64,000 bases of DNA from Planctomycetota bacterium (GTDB taxonomy: Bacteria; Planctomycetota; B15-G4): NCBI GenBank assembly GCA_965248575.1, contig CBDFJQ010000002.1, positions 800,001 through 864,000 on the forward strand. The letters run 5' to 3'. A program made the translations under genes and the position numbers. The notes beneath the pieces were generated by a model. The model had not been told where the DNA came from, ran no database searches, and saw only the letters and a list, made by a program, of their open reading frames with translations. Shown here in pieces: positions 28,624 through 38,055 of the stretch; position 1 is the stretch's first letter; the number at the start of each line of letters is the position of its first letter.

Positions 28624-29621
28624 GCGGGCCTCCAGAAGTCGAAGAAATTGAACCAATTATCGGGGTTCCGGCGGGCATGGTGCTCGACGCGCTCCGCGTA
28701 CTGTTGCACATAGCCTTGCAAGGCCTGGTCCCGGCTCTTGCGGGGCAGCGCGATGCCGTCGGCGAAGGGTTCGCAGATGAGTTCGTACTGGTTCGGCTCA
28801 GAGTAGAGCCCGAAGAACAGGTACACAGGGCAGCGCAGCAGCGAGGCGAGCAGGAAGGGGCCGGCGGCGAAGGGGGCCGACTGGCCGAAGAAGCTCGCAT
28901 GAACGATGCGATCGTTGAGGCCCACTCGGTCTCCCAACAGAGCCACCATCTCGCCGTCCTCAAGGCGCGCTCTGACTCGTGCCATGGCGCCGACGGGATC
29001 CTCGCCGAGGTGAACCACCTCGGCAGCGGCCTGCGGATTCAACTGCTCGAAGAGCGCATTGATCATGCGGGCATTCTCGAAGTAGCCCAGGATCTGCACG
29101 CGCTTGTCGGGGTTGGTCCCCCCCGTCCTCATGGCCTGGTAGCTGCCGAGGTGGGCACCGAGCAAGACGGCACCCCGTCCTGTGTCGAGCTGGGTGCGCA
29201 TGTGTTCGTCCCCAGCGGAACGGAAGCGCATGCCTTCAAGCCTGTTGGACAGCAGGAAAATTCTATCCAGGGTGACCTGGGCGAAGGTACGCAGGTGTCG
29301 ATAGATGGCCCAGTAGGAGGGCGGCGAACCGTGCACCCGGGTGAGCCAGGCCTTGGAAGCGGCCACGGCCCGACGGTCGAACAAGCGATACCAGAGCGCG
29401 ATGGCACACACGATGGGGCGCATGGCGCGCCGTCCGAGCAGCGTCGCGGCCTTGAACACCATGCGGATCCCGAACAGCGTGCCCCGTTCCCCTTGGCTCA
29501 GCCACGCCGCGTCAGCTTCGACCGGGCCCTGACCGTTGCCCTTGGGTTGTGCCGGCCCGGGGCCCGCTGCATCGCCCGCTGGGTCGACCGGTGAGTCAGC
29601 CCTTGGATCAGCTGGCGTCAT
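28620..29621 (-). CDS. LpxL/HtrB-like lipid acyltransferase
   Basis: WLSQGERG, GAVLLGAHLGS, ALLGDR, FFGQSAPFAAGP, NWFNFFDFW. Confidence 0.85.
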   Translation of the reverse strand: MTPADPRADSPVDPAGDAAGPGPAQPKGNGQGPVEADAAWLSQGERGTLFGIRMVFKAATLLGRRAMRPIVCAIALWYRLFDRRAVAASKAWLTRVHGSPPSYWAIYRHLRTFAQVTLDRIFLLSNRLEGMRFRSAGDEHMRTQLDTGRGAVLLGAHLGSYQAMRTGGTNPDKRVQILGYFENARMINALFEQLNPQAAAEVVHLGEDPVGAMARVRARLEDGEMVALLGDRVGLNDRIVHASFFGQSAPFAAGPFLLASLLRCPVYLFFGLYSEPNQYELICEPFADGIALPRKSRDQALQGYVQQYAERVEHHARRNPDNWFNFFDFWRPA

Positions 29622-30376
29622 GGTGACTCCGGTGGCGCGGAGGTCTTGCCGCGGCGCAGGAGCCAGCCCAACACGCCGCTGGTGCAGAGGCGGGTGTGTA
29701 GCCCGAAGAATCCAAGGTTGTCACGTACGGGGCGGAAGTGGGAGACGCCACCCTCTTCCACAGGCAGATAACGGACACGGACGGGGAGGTTCTGGATAGG
29801 AACCCCCGCCCGTGCGAGCAAAACGACGATCTCGATGTCGAAGCCCATGCGTTGAGCGCGGGGGGCGACGCTGCGGGTTGAACACAAGGGATAGACGCGG
29901 AATCCGATCATCGCGTCACGCACGAGGCGCCGCTGGCCCACCTCGACGGCGACCCAGAAAGTCGTGATGCCGCGCGCAATGGTGCGACCGCGCGGTGCAG
30001 ATCCATCGTAGACGGGGTAGCCGAGCACCAGGGCTTCGGGGGCTTGCCGCGAGACCTCGAGGAAGCGGGGGATCTCCGAGCAGTCGTGCTGGCCGTCCCC
30101 GTCAATCTGGAAACAATGCGTGAAGCCCAGTTCCAGAGCGAGTTCAAAGCCGTGTTGGACCGCCGCGCCCTTACCGCTGTTGGTGGGTCGTCGTACCACC
30201 CGGGCCAAGCCTTCTTCCGACAAGCTGTCGAGCACAGCTTGGGTTTCCGGGCCACTGCCATCGTCGACGACAAGCACGTCCGCGAGGTGCTGCCGGACAG
30301 CGACGACGGTGAGACGAATCTGCGCATCATTGTTGAAACACGGCAGGATCGCGCAAGGACGATGGCCCGAACTCAT
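29618..30376 (-). CDS. Glycosyltransferase family 2
   Basis: PCFNN, VVDDGS, NSGKGAA, QIDGDGQHD, GFRVYPL, SHFRPVRDN. Confidence 0.9.
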   Translation of the reverse strand: MSSGHRPCAILPCFNNDAQIRLTVVAVRQHLADVLVVDDGSGPETQAVLDSLSEEGLARVVRRPTNSGKGAAVQHGFELALELGFTHCFQIDGDGQHDCSEIPRFLEVSRQAPEALVLGYPVYDGSAPRGRTIARGITTFWVAVEVGQRRLVRDAMIGFRVYPLCSTRSVAPRAQRMGFDIEIVVLLARAGVPIQNLPVRVRYLPVEEGGVSHFRPVRDNLGFFGLHTRLCTSGVLGWLLRRGKTSAPPESP

Positions 30377-30828
30377 GGTGCCGGTCCCGCGCCCGGCCCC
30401 GTGCTAGGTTCCGTGACAGGTCCCTTGGAGGGTTCTTGGGGTTGGAGTTCGATGCTTCCACGCGTGCAGACAACGGCGTCGCGGGCCACCTCGAACTGAA
30501 CGAGCCATGCGCCCTGCTTGCGACGAAGCGTCACGCAGACAGGATCGCCGGGAGCAAGTCGCGCGGGGAACTTCACGCCGGACAGACCGGCGGGGTCGCC
30601 GGCGTCCGGGAAGGCCTGCTTGAGGCAGGGCCACACCAGCTCGTGGAGCTGCACCGCGCCGGCCAGCACGGGATAGGTTGGGAAATGCCCCTCAAAGAAG
30701 GCGTACTTCTCGGGAAGCCTGGAATGGAAACGGGCCAGCGTGCCGGGTGGGTCGTCCGTGACCTCCCACAGGGGCTCACTCCACTTGAGGAGGCGCGTGC
30801 CGCTCTGCGATGACCCTGTCTCAGACAC
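30373..30828 (-). CDS. 3-hydroxyacyl-ACP dehydratase (ApeI/FabZ-like)
   Basis: FFEGHFPTYPVLAGAVQL, VKFPARLAPG. Confidence 0.8.
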   Translation of the reverse strand: MSETGSSQSGTRLLKWSEPLWEVTDDPPGTLARFHSRLPEKYAFFEGHFPTYPVLAGAVQLHELVWPCLKQAFPDAGDPAGLSGVKFPARLAPGDPVCVTLRRKQGAWLVQFEVARDAVVCTRGSIELQPQEPSKGPVTEPSTGPGAGPAP

Positions 30829-31528
30829 GAGGAAGCCCCTTCTCGGGTTGACCCTCAGCCTCGTCGCCCGTGGAGCTGACCGGGAAACGTCGATGTCGCA
30901 GGACCCATTCCGTGGCGAACAGCAAGCCCATCAGCGCGTACGAGATCAAGCCCGTGTAGGTCGCCCACCAGGCAAGCGGCGCGAGCAGTGCGAGCGCGGC
31001 TGCCGTGCCACCGTTGAGAATGAAGAAAGCGCACCAGGTGATCGTCCAGCTGCGGCACCAAGCCTGCTTGGCTGGTTGCAGGTCGGCTTCGTGGAGCCGA
31101 GCGAAGCGCTCGATCATCGGCACGGTCCCGGAGCGCAAGGTGCCGCCGAAGCCCACGAGCAAGGCCGCGTTGATACCCACAGGAACCATGAGCACGTAGC
31201 CGCCGGAATCGAGCGCTAGCGCCAACCCCAAGGCAGCCAAGGTGACCAGTGGGATGGCCGCAAGGCTGCGTAGGTCCACGGGGTCTTGCGAGGTCGCGCG
31301 TCGCATGGCGCGGAACCGCAGCAAGGCTGTGGGGGCAAGGATGCAGATCATGACCGTTGCCAGGGTGCGCACGCTCCAGTGCGTGAGACCGAACCACACC
31401 AAGACCGGGTAACCCACCGCGCCCACACCAAGCACGACGCGCAAGGCGATTTGCCAGCCGTGCGTTGCCGAGGCGCTCTCGACGCTCTCGGGACCGGCGG
31501 CACGCTCTGGGCTCACTGGCGGAGCCAC
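30821..31528 (-). CDS. Membrane protein of aryl-polyene clusters (COG4648-like)
   Basis: YPVLVWFG, PMIERFAR, WCAFFILNG, WATYTGLISYALMGLLFATEW. Confidence 0.8.
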   Translation of the reverse strand: MAPPVSPERAAGPESVESASATHGWQIALRVVLGVGAVGYPVLVWFGLTHWSVRTLATVMICILAPTALLRFRAMRRATSQDPVDLRSLAAIPLVTLAALGLALALDSGGYVLMVPVGINAALLVGFGGTLRSGTVPMIERFARLHEADLQPAKQAWCRSWTITWCAFFILNGGTAAALALLAPLAWWATYTGLISYALMGLLFATEWVLRHRRFPVSSTGDEAEGQPEKGLPRV

Positions 31529-31809
31529 TAGGCCTCGGGGGTCGTCACCTTCGCCTGGCCCGCGCGAATGAAGTCGGCCAAGGACTTCACCGACTGGTAG
31601 TAGTCACGATTCCGCTCGTCATTCTCCTGCGTGCGCACGCCGAACTCGCTGTGGATCGCGAGGGCGAGCTCCAAGGCATCGATGGAATCCAGGCCCAGGC
31701 CCTCCCCGAAGAGTGGTGCGTCGGTCTCGATGGTCTGCGGGTCGACATCCTCGAGGGCAAGTGTTTCGACGATGAGCGTCTTCAGGCGGTCTTCGAGGGA
31801 GTCGGGCAT
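31528..31809 (-). CDS. Acyl carrier protein
   Basis: 93 aa; PLFGEGLGLDSIDALEL with the phosphopantetheine Ser. ATG at 31809. Confidence 0.92.
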   Translation of the reverse strand: MPDSLEDRLKTLIVETLALEDVDPQTIETDAPLFGEGLGLDSIDALELALAIHSEFGVRTQENDERNRDYYQSVKSLADFIRAGQAKVTTPEA

Positions 31810-32639
31810 GGGCTGTCTTTCGGGAAATCGGGCCGTGGCTCGGGAGATGTGGCGTGCCACGTGCGAAAGCGTTGTTCCACCGTCTCTCGAAGACGGCGGC
31901 TGTCGTATTCTACGCCCGCTGGATCGTCGGTCGCCAGCACTGAGAGCTCCAGGACCGGGAGTCGCGCTGGCGCCTTGACGGCTGGAACATCCTTCGTGAG
32001 CCAGAGCGGTTCGCAACGGATACCCACGGAGACCACCGGGACATTCGCCCGGCAGGCGATCTCGAAGGCCGCGCGCCCGAACGGCAGGAGTTTCCCGCGG
32101 GGTGATCGGGTGCCTTCCGGGAAGATGAGCAGCGGGAATCCCTGGTGAATGCGCTCAACCGCCAGGTCGAGCAGCCCACTCCCTGCCACGGGGTCCGCGC
32201 CGGGCCCTTCCAGATGGCCTGCGCCTTCCAGCAATGGGTGCAGGGAACGGCGCCTGAAGAGGGCTGGCTTGGCCACCGTGCAGGCTCCCCCCAGAACGGC
32301 GGTCAGGGAGGTCACATCGATCAGCGTGGGGTGGTTGGCCACCAGGACGAAGGGGCGGGGCGGTAGATCGGGGAGGGCGTTTCGATGGTTGAAGTCCGCG
32401 AGACGCATGATGCGCAGCCAGTCATGCAACAGCCGGTAGGCCCCAGAGGAGAGTTTTTGTAGTCGCCAGGCACGTTGCACCGGGTCACGAGGGGCGCAGG
32501 CGCAGCTGAGGGCAAAGAGGCCGTAGCCAAAGGGCGAGAGCAGCGTGTAGATGCCGATGGTCAGCATGACCCGCAGGCGGCGGGCCGTGCGCGCCAACGA
32601 CGGCTGATGCTGAGCTTGGGTTTGGGGCGCCTTCGTCAC
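31782..32639 (-). CDS. Lysophospholipid acyltransferase (PlsC-like)
   Basis: ANHPTLID (HX4D), IFPEGTRS. Start uncertain (GTG 32639). Confidence 0.85.
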   Translation of the reverse strand: MTKAPQTQAQHQPSLARTARRLRVMLTIGIYTLLSPFGYGLFALSCACAPRDPVQRAWRLQKLSSGAYRLLHDWLRIMRLADFNHRNALPDLPPRPFVLVANHPTLIDVTSLTAVLGGACTVAKPALFRRRSLHPLLEGAGHLEGPGADPVAGSGLLDLAVERIHQGFPLLIFPEGTRSPRGKLLPFGRAAFEIACRANVPVVSVGIRCEPLWLTKDVPAVKAPARLPVLELSVLATDDPAGVEYDSRRLRETVEQRFRTWHATSPEPRPDFPKDSPCPTPSKTA

Positions 32640-32760
32640 CCCGCTATGATACCGAGCCACTTCACGAAACGCGCCTGCCGTGGTGCCTTGAAGATGGATA
32701 GGCGTGAGGTGACAGGCGTAGGCAGCGACAGGCCCCGACCGGATAGGAGAGCAAGGACTG

Positions 32761-34530
32761 ATGGAGGACGTGAAGCCTGTTGAGGATGGCAATGAACGGC
32801 ACGATGTCGTCATTTGCGGCGGCGGGCTGGCAGGGCTTCTGCTCGCTCGTCAAATCCGACAAGAGCTCCCTCATCGCTCCGTCACGGTGCTGGAGCGCAC
32901 GGAGCGCCCCCTGCCCGACGCCTGCCACAAGGTCGGGGAGTCGTCCGTCGAGACCGGTTCGCAATACCTTGAGCGCCTGGGGTTGGAGCAGTACCTGCTC
33001 GACAATCACTACGTGAAGTTGGGCCTGCGGTTCTTCCCGGGGGGCGGTGAGCTGCCGCTCCAGGAGCGCCTTGAGGTGGGGCCGTCGGCTGAACCCATCG
33101 TGCGTTCCTACCAGATCGACCGGGGGCGCTTTGAAAGCGACCTGCGCGGCATGCTGGAGGAAGATGGCGTCGACCTGCGGGAAGGCGTCCGGGTGCGTGA
33201 GTTCGAGATCGGCAAGGGCGAGACCGAGCATCGCGTTGCCTACGAACAGGATGGTGCCCGGCAGACCCTGAACGCTCGCTGGGTCGTGGATGCCACGGGC
33301 CGTGCAGCCGTCCTGCGCAGCCAACTGAAGCTCAAGCGCGGCTCCCAGCACGAGGCCAGCGCGGGTTGGTTCCGGGTCGCCGGACGGCTGGACATCAGCG
33401 ACCTGGTTCCGAAGAGCGAAGAGGAGTGGCACCGACGCCCGTGCGCTGACGAGCGCTGGCGTTCGACGAACCACTTCATGGGCACGGGCTATTGGGCCTG
33501 GGTGATCCCCCTGGCCACGGGGCACACCAGCATCGGGCTCGTCGTGCACGAAGAATCGCATCCCTTCTCGAGCGTGTCCTCACTCGAGAACGTGATGGCT
33601 TTCTTGCGGGAGAAGGAGCCGGTGCTCGCCGCAGCCTTGGAATCCTACGAGGTGAAGGACTTCCTCTGTCTGCGCAAGTACACCCACGCCATCGCCCGCT
33701 CCTGGTCTGCTGACCGTTGGGCGATCGTCGGTGAGGCGGGGGCCTTCGTCGACCCGCTCTACAGCCCGGGCACGGACTTCATCGCCTTCGCGAACTGCTT
33801 CACCACCGAGATGATGCACATCGACGAGCGCGGCGGCGATCTCGCCACGAAAGCCGTGTCGCTGAACGCGCAATACCGCGCGTTCGTGACCTCGACCACA
33901 GAGTTGTTCCGGACGGCCGGTCTGGTCTACGGGCATGCGCAAGCGATGTCGGCCAAGATCTACTGGGACAACTTCACCTACTGGTCGTACACGTGTCAGT
34001 ACTTCCAGCAGAACCTCTGGACTCTGGATCGCGACAAGGTGGAGCCCTTTGACGATGCCGGGCGGGAGTTCGTTCAGTACGGCGGTTACATCAATGCCGC
34101 CATGCGCGCCTGGGTGGACCTCAAGAACCCAGAGCCTGCACCGGTCATGATGCCGCTGCCGATGTTTCCGTCCGTACTCGTGGACGCCCATATCGCCGTG
34201 GGCCAGAAGATGGCCTACGACGAGTCCCTGGCGTATGTGCGCGAACGAGTGGCACAGGGCCGGGAGATCGCGGGGGAGCTCATGGTGCGACTTGTTCAGG
34301 AGCTGGGTCCTGAGCTCGGGGCGCAGCTCCTGGAGCGCGTGGGCTTTCCAAGCTGGGATCTCGACATATCCGCCGAACGACTCGAGGCCGAGACCTATGA
34401 CAGCATGAGCCGGCGCAAGGCCCTTTCTCCCATCGCGCGCGACGTCGAGCGAAACCTCGGTACGGTGCGGCGACACCCGCAGGCGGCGCAAGCGCGCGAC
34501 TTGCTGTTGCAGGGATGTCGGACGTCGTGA
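32761..34530 (+). CDS. Flavin-dependent halogenase-like protein
   Basis: GGGLAG FAD motif, KVGESS, YVKLG (candidate catalytic Lys), QIDRGRFE, WAWVIP (WxWxIP), FVDPLYSPG. Confidence 0.78.
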   Translation: MEDVKPVEDGNERHDVVICGGGLAGLLLARQIRQELPHRSVTVLERTERPLPDACHKVGESSVETGSQYLERLGLEQYLLDNHYVKLGLRFFPGGGELPLQERLEVGPSAEPIVRSYQIDRGRFESDLRGMLEEDGVDLREGVRVREFEIGKGETEHRVAYEQDGARQTLNARWVVDATGRAAVLRSQLKLKRGSQHEASAGWFRVAGRLDISDLVPKSEEEWHRRPCADERWRSTNHFMGTGYWAWVIPLATGHTSIGLVVHEESHPFSSVSSLENVMAFLREKEPVLAAALESYEVKDFLCLRKYTHAIARSWSADRWAIVGEAGAFVDPLYSPGTDFIAFANCFTTEMMHIDERGGDLATKAVSLNAQYRAFVTSTTELFRTAGLVYGHAQAMSAKIYWDNFTYWSYTCQYFQQNLWTLDRDKVEPFDDAGREFVQYGGYINAAMRAWVDLKNPEPAPVMMPLPMFPSVLVDAHIAVGQKMAYDESLAYVRERVAQGREIAGELMVRLVQELGPELGAQLLERVGFPSWDLDISAERLEAETYDSMSRRKALSPIARDVERNLGTVRRHPQAAQARDLLLQGCRTS

Positions 34531-35549
34531 CGGAGTCGGCCAGCGCCGAGGACATGGCTGCCTTGCTGGATATCTTGGGTGGGCGGGCGCGCTCCCAAGC
34601 GGTGTCCACCGCCGCAGCGTTGGGCTTGCCCGAGTTGCTGGCGCATGGTCCACGTAGCGCACAGGACCTTGCGCTTGAGCTGGGCGCTGATGAGCAAGCC
34701 GTGGGGAGGCTGCTGTCCTTCCTGGCGGGGCTCGGCTTCCTCCGCCAGGAGCAGGACGGCGCGTTGTCGTTGACGCGGCTTGGGCTGAGTCTGCGGCAGG
34801 ATGCGTTGGGCCCCCTGGCGAGCTTCCTGGGTTCGCCGGACCAATGGAACCCCTGGTCCGCGCTGCGGGACAGCCTGGGCGGAACCCAGCAGGCCGACAA
34901 CGCGTTCGTGACGACCCACGGAACTGACCTCTACAGCTACATGCGGGACCACGCGAGCGCCGCCGCGCGCTATGACGTCGCGATCGATGCGTTCACCCGT
35001 CAGGCTGCCAGGACCTTGGCCACGTCCTTTGACTTCTCCGGCATCAGCCGCCTCGTGGACGTCGGGGGCGGGCGCGGTGCGGGTTTGCAGGAACTGTTGA
35101 AGCAGTGGCCGAATCTGCACGGCGTCTTGTTCGATCTCCCGCATGTTGCTCGCGCGGCTCGAGAGCACCTGGCGCCGGAGTTGGCCGCGCGGGTGGAGTG
35201 CGTGGGTGGCGACTTCCTGAAAGATGTGCCCGGTGATGCGGACGCTTACCTGCTCAAGCACGTGCTTCACAATTGGGATGACGAGCAGGCAGTTCAACTC
35301 CTGCGCCGCTGCGCCCAGCAAGTCCCTGACACTGGTTACGTGCTGGTCCTGGAGTATGTGCTGGCGCCTGACGGCCGCATCGACACAGCACGCATGATGG
35401 ATCTGGAGATGCTCGTGCTGACCAACGGACGCGAGCGGCGCAAACCAGAACTCCGCCGCTTGATCCGTGCTGCCGGCCTCACCCTCGAAGGCGTGACGCC
35501 TCTTCCGCCAGCCAGCTGGCTGTTGGTCTGCAGGCCCATCAGGGCCTAG
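34515..35549 (+). CDS. SAM-dependent O-methyltransferase (family 2, with dimerisation domain)
   Basis: LVDVGGGRG, LFDLPHV, GGDFL, KHVLHNWDDE, DLEML, GRER. Confidence 0.9.
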   Translation: MSDVVTESASAEDMAALLDILGGRARSQAVSTAAALGLPELLAHGPRSAQDLALELGADEQAVGRLLSFLAGLGFLRQEQDGALSLTRLGLSLRQDALGPLASFLGSPDQWNPWSALRDSLGGTQQADNAFVTTHGTDLYSYMRDHASAAARYDVAIDAFTRQAARTLATSFDFSGISRLVDVGGGRGAGLQELLKQWPNLHGVLFDLPHVARAAREHLAPELAARVECVGGDFLKDVPGDADAYLLKHVLHNWDDEQAVQLLRRCAQQVPDTGYVLVLEYVLAPDGRIDTARMMDLEMLVLTNGRERRKPELRRLIRAAGLTLEGVTPLPPASWLLVCRPIRA

Positions 35550-36033
35550 GTCCCTGCAGCGTGCCGCCGCGCGCATCTTCGGGCGGCTTCTCGCCGTGGA
35601 TCAGGGTCAGCTGAGCACTTGCCACCAGCCGGCCCGCCTCATCGTGGGTCCACGTGTCGTAGTGGCTCAACGAGTCCGTTCCGCGCGCTTGTTCGACCCG
35701 GATCTCGAGCTTCTCGCCGAGCCGAAGGCGGGGGCGGTGGATGCTCATCGTGCGGCAGGCGATGACCATGCCGACCCGCACGCTGTGCCCGTCCTGGACA
35801 GCTTCGTGGCCGAGGCAGGCAGCCACCGTCTGGGCCATGTACTCCAAGGTCATGACGGACTCGACGCGGCCGTCGTGATCGAACAAGCCGGCCCGGACGG
35901 TCATGCGTGCCCGCGCCTTGCCCGGAGACCACTCCAACAGCTCCTCCACTGCCAGCATGGGGGGCGCGTGGGGGACGATTTCGGCGACGGGCAGCAAGGG
36001 TCCGTCGTAGCCCGCTGAGTCGGAGTGATTCAT
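35539..36033 (-). CDS. Hot-dog dehydratase partner (ApeP-like)
   Basis: IVPHAPPML, LEYMAQTVAA, VGMVIACR. ATG at 36033. Confidence 0.8.
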   Translation of the reverse strand: MNHSDSAGYDGPLLPVAEIVPHAPPMLAVEELLEWSPGKARARMTVRAGLFDHDGRVESVMTLEYMAQTVAACLGHEAVQDGHSVRVGMVIACRTMSIHRPRLRLGEKLEIRVEQARGTDSLSHYDTWTHDEAGRLVASAQLTLIHGEKPPEDARGGTLQGPRP

Positions 36034-36872
36034 CCGTCGCTGGGTTGCCGCAGGCCGGTGGGTGCCAGCACGGCGCTGTAACCGCGGCCGTCGCCCCGGT
36101 CCAAAGCGAGCGCCCCCTCGCGCCCTTCGAGAACAGCCATGACCAGATCCGCCAGGCCGACCTGGGGGTTGCGGGCCACGCGCTCGTCGAAGGCGGCTGG
36201 TTCCAAGGTGATGGCCTCCGAACGCTGCACGCGCAGGGTCGCGAGGCCTGGCGCCGGATGCCCGGGGGGGAGCAGGACCAGTGCTGCCGCGAGCAGGTCC
36301 CAACGCTCGGACTCGGGCACCAGCCCATCCGGGGAGGCCTCGTCACCACAGGCGACCAAGACGGGCAGGTCGGAGGTGAGCGCGAGGCCGATGCCTTCCA
36401 TCAGGCAGGCCGCTGGTGTGTCGGCATCCGCCGCGAGGGAGGTGGCGAAGCCGCGGTTGCCGTAGGAGATCGACATGAGGCCCGATGAGGCGTTGTGCAC
36501 GCTCATGGTGAAGGCTGCTGGCGACAGGGGTTCAGCGTATCGCATGGTCTGCTCGAGCATGCCTAGCAAGGTGGCCGCCTCGGCGATGGCAGAGCCCACC
36601 ACCAGGTGCACCTCCGCGGGCGAGACCGCTTCTGCGCCCGGCGAGCGACTCGCCGGGGTGTTGCTGAGGGCCTCGAAGCTCGCGTCTGCCAAGGCACGTC
36701 CCAGGAAGCTGGCGCGCCGACGGTCCCGGGGCTTGAGCGAGGTGGCAGCAGGGCGCACGAGTTCCGCATCCGCTGTGCCCGTTCTCCAGGCGTCGAGCCC
36801 GGCATAGCCCGTGCTCCAGTAGCCCAATCCAGCAATGCGCACCGCGTGGCCCGCGCTCTCGTCGCGAGTCAT
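36030..36872 (-). CDS. Ketosynthase chain-length factor (ApeC-like)
   Basis: RDRRRAS, LSPAAFTMSVHNASSG. No catalytic Cys. ATGA overlap with the upstream KS. Confidence 0.82.
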   Translation of the reverse strand: MTRDESAGHAVRIAGLGYWSTGYAGLDAWRTGTADAELVRPAATSLKPRDRRRASFLGRALADASFEALSNTPASRSPGAEAVSPAEVHLVVGSAIAEAATLLGMLEQTMRYAEPLSPAAFTMSVHNASSGLMSISYGNRGFATSLAADADTPAACLMEGIGLALTSDLPVLVACGDEASPDGLVPESERWDLLAAALVLLPPGHPAPGLATLRVQRSEAITLEPAAFDERVARNPQVGLADLVMAVLEGREGALALDRGDGRGYSAVLAPTGLRQPSDG

Positions 36873-38047
36873 GGGCTGCCCACCAGGACGCTGACGTTGT
36901 TGCCGCCGAACGCGAAGGAGTTGCTCAGCACGCGCCGGAAGGGACCGGTCCGGCAGGCGGTGGAGATGGGGAGTCCGATGGCGGGGTCGAGGGGATCCGA
37001 GTGGATGGAGCCGGGGATCCAGCCCTCCTCGACGGCGTAGGCCGCGAAGGCGAACTCGATGGCACCCGCTGCACCCAGGGTGTGGCCCGTGAAGCCCTTC
37101 GTGGAGACCACGGGCACCTGGCAACCCAGGAGGTCCTGGATGGCGCTGGACTCGGCCTTGTCGTTGAGCGGAGTGCCGGTGCCGTGGGCATTGACGTGGT
37201 CAATGTCGGCAGGCGCGCAACCCGCTTGTTGGAGCGCCGCAGCCATGGCGTCCCGGGCACCACGGCCCTCCGGGTGGGGTGCACTGATGTGATAGGCATC
37301 CGAGGATTCGCCCACACCCAGGACCGTGACCCGCGCGTCGCCCTTGCGTTCCACGAGTGCCAAGGCGCCGCCTTCCCCCAGACTGAGGCCAGCTCGGTTT
37401 GCAGCGAAAGGTCGGCAGGGGCGCTTGTCGACGACTTGCAAGGCGTGGAAGCCCTGGAGGGTCAGGTCGCAAAGAGTGTCGATCCCACCCACGATGGCGG
37501 CATCGATGAGACCAGCCGTCATGAGTCGTTGCGCGGACGCCAGGGGCTTGGCGCTGGATGAACAGGCGGTCGAGATCATCCAGGCGGGGCCTGTGGCTCC
37601 GCTGAGTTCGGAGACGACGTGCAGCACCGCGCCGAAAGTGTGTTGCCGGCGGAAATCGTAGCCGTGCGGGAGAGAACCCCGCTCGACGTACTGGCGGTAG
37701 GCCTGCTCGGTGGTCCGGGCGCCCCCCGTGCTCGTTCCCAGGATGACGGCGATGCGATCGGCAGGCCACCGGCCGCGAGCTGCTTGCAGTGGCTGCTCCA
37801 GCTGTTCGATGAGTTGGGCGGCCATGCGCGCGATGCGCGTGTCCCAAGGCGCCAGCTGTTTGGGGAGCGCTGGCAGCTCCCGGCGGACCTCGCCGACACA
37901 CGTCTCGAAATCGAGCGGCAAGCTGGGCGCTCCCAACCCGCTCCGACCCGCTCGGAGAGCCTTCAGGATCTCTGTGCGCGACGAACCCAGGGCATTCAGG
38001 TTGGCATAGCCCGTGACGGGCAGTGGGCTGACTCGTGGAATGGGCAT
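36869..38047 (-). CDS. Beta-ketoacyl-ACP synthase (ApeO-like)
   Basis: GTSTGG, STACSSSAK, NAHGTGT, KGFTGHTLGAAG, SNSFAFGGNN. Confidence 0.9.
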   Translation of the reverse strand: MPIPRVSPLPVTGYANLNALGSSRTEILKALRAGRSGLGAPSLPLDFETCVGEVRRELPALPKQLAPWDTRIARMAAQLIEQLEQPLQAARGRWPADRIAVILGTSTGGARTTEQAYRQYVERGSLPHGYDFRRQHTFGAVLHVVSELSGATGPAWMISTACSSSAKPLASAQRLMTAGLIDAAIVGGIDTLCDLTLQGFHALQVVDKRPCRPFAANRAGLSLGEGGALALVERKGDARVTVLGVGESSDAYHISAPHPEGRGARDAMAAALQQAGCAPADIDHVNAHGTGTPLNDKAESSAIQDLLGCQVPVVSTKGFTGHTLGAAGAIEFAFAAYAVEEGWIPGSIHSDPLDPAIGLPISTACRTGPFRRVLSNSFAFGGNNVSVLVGSP

Positions 38048-38055
38048 GGCCAGGT

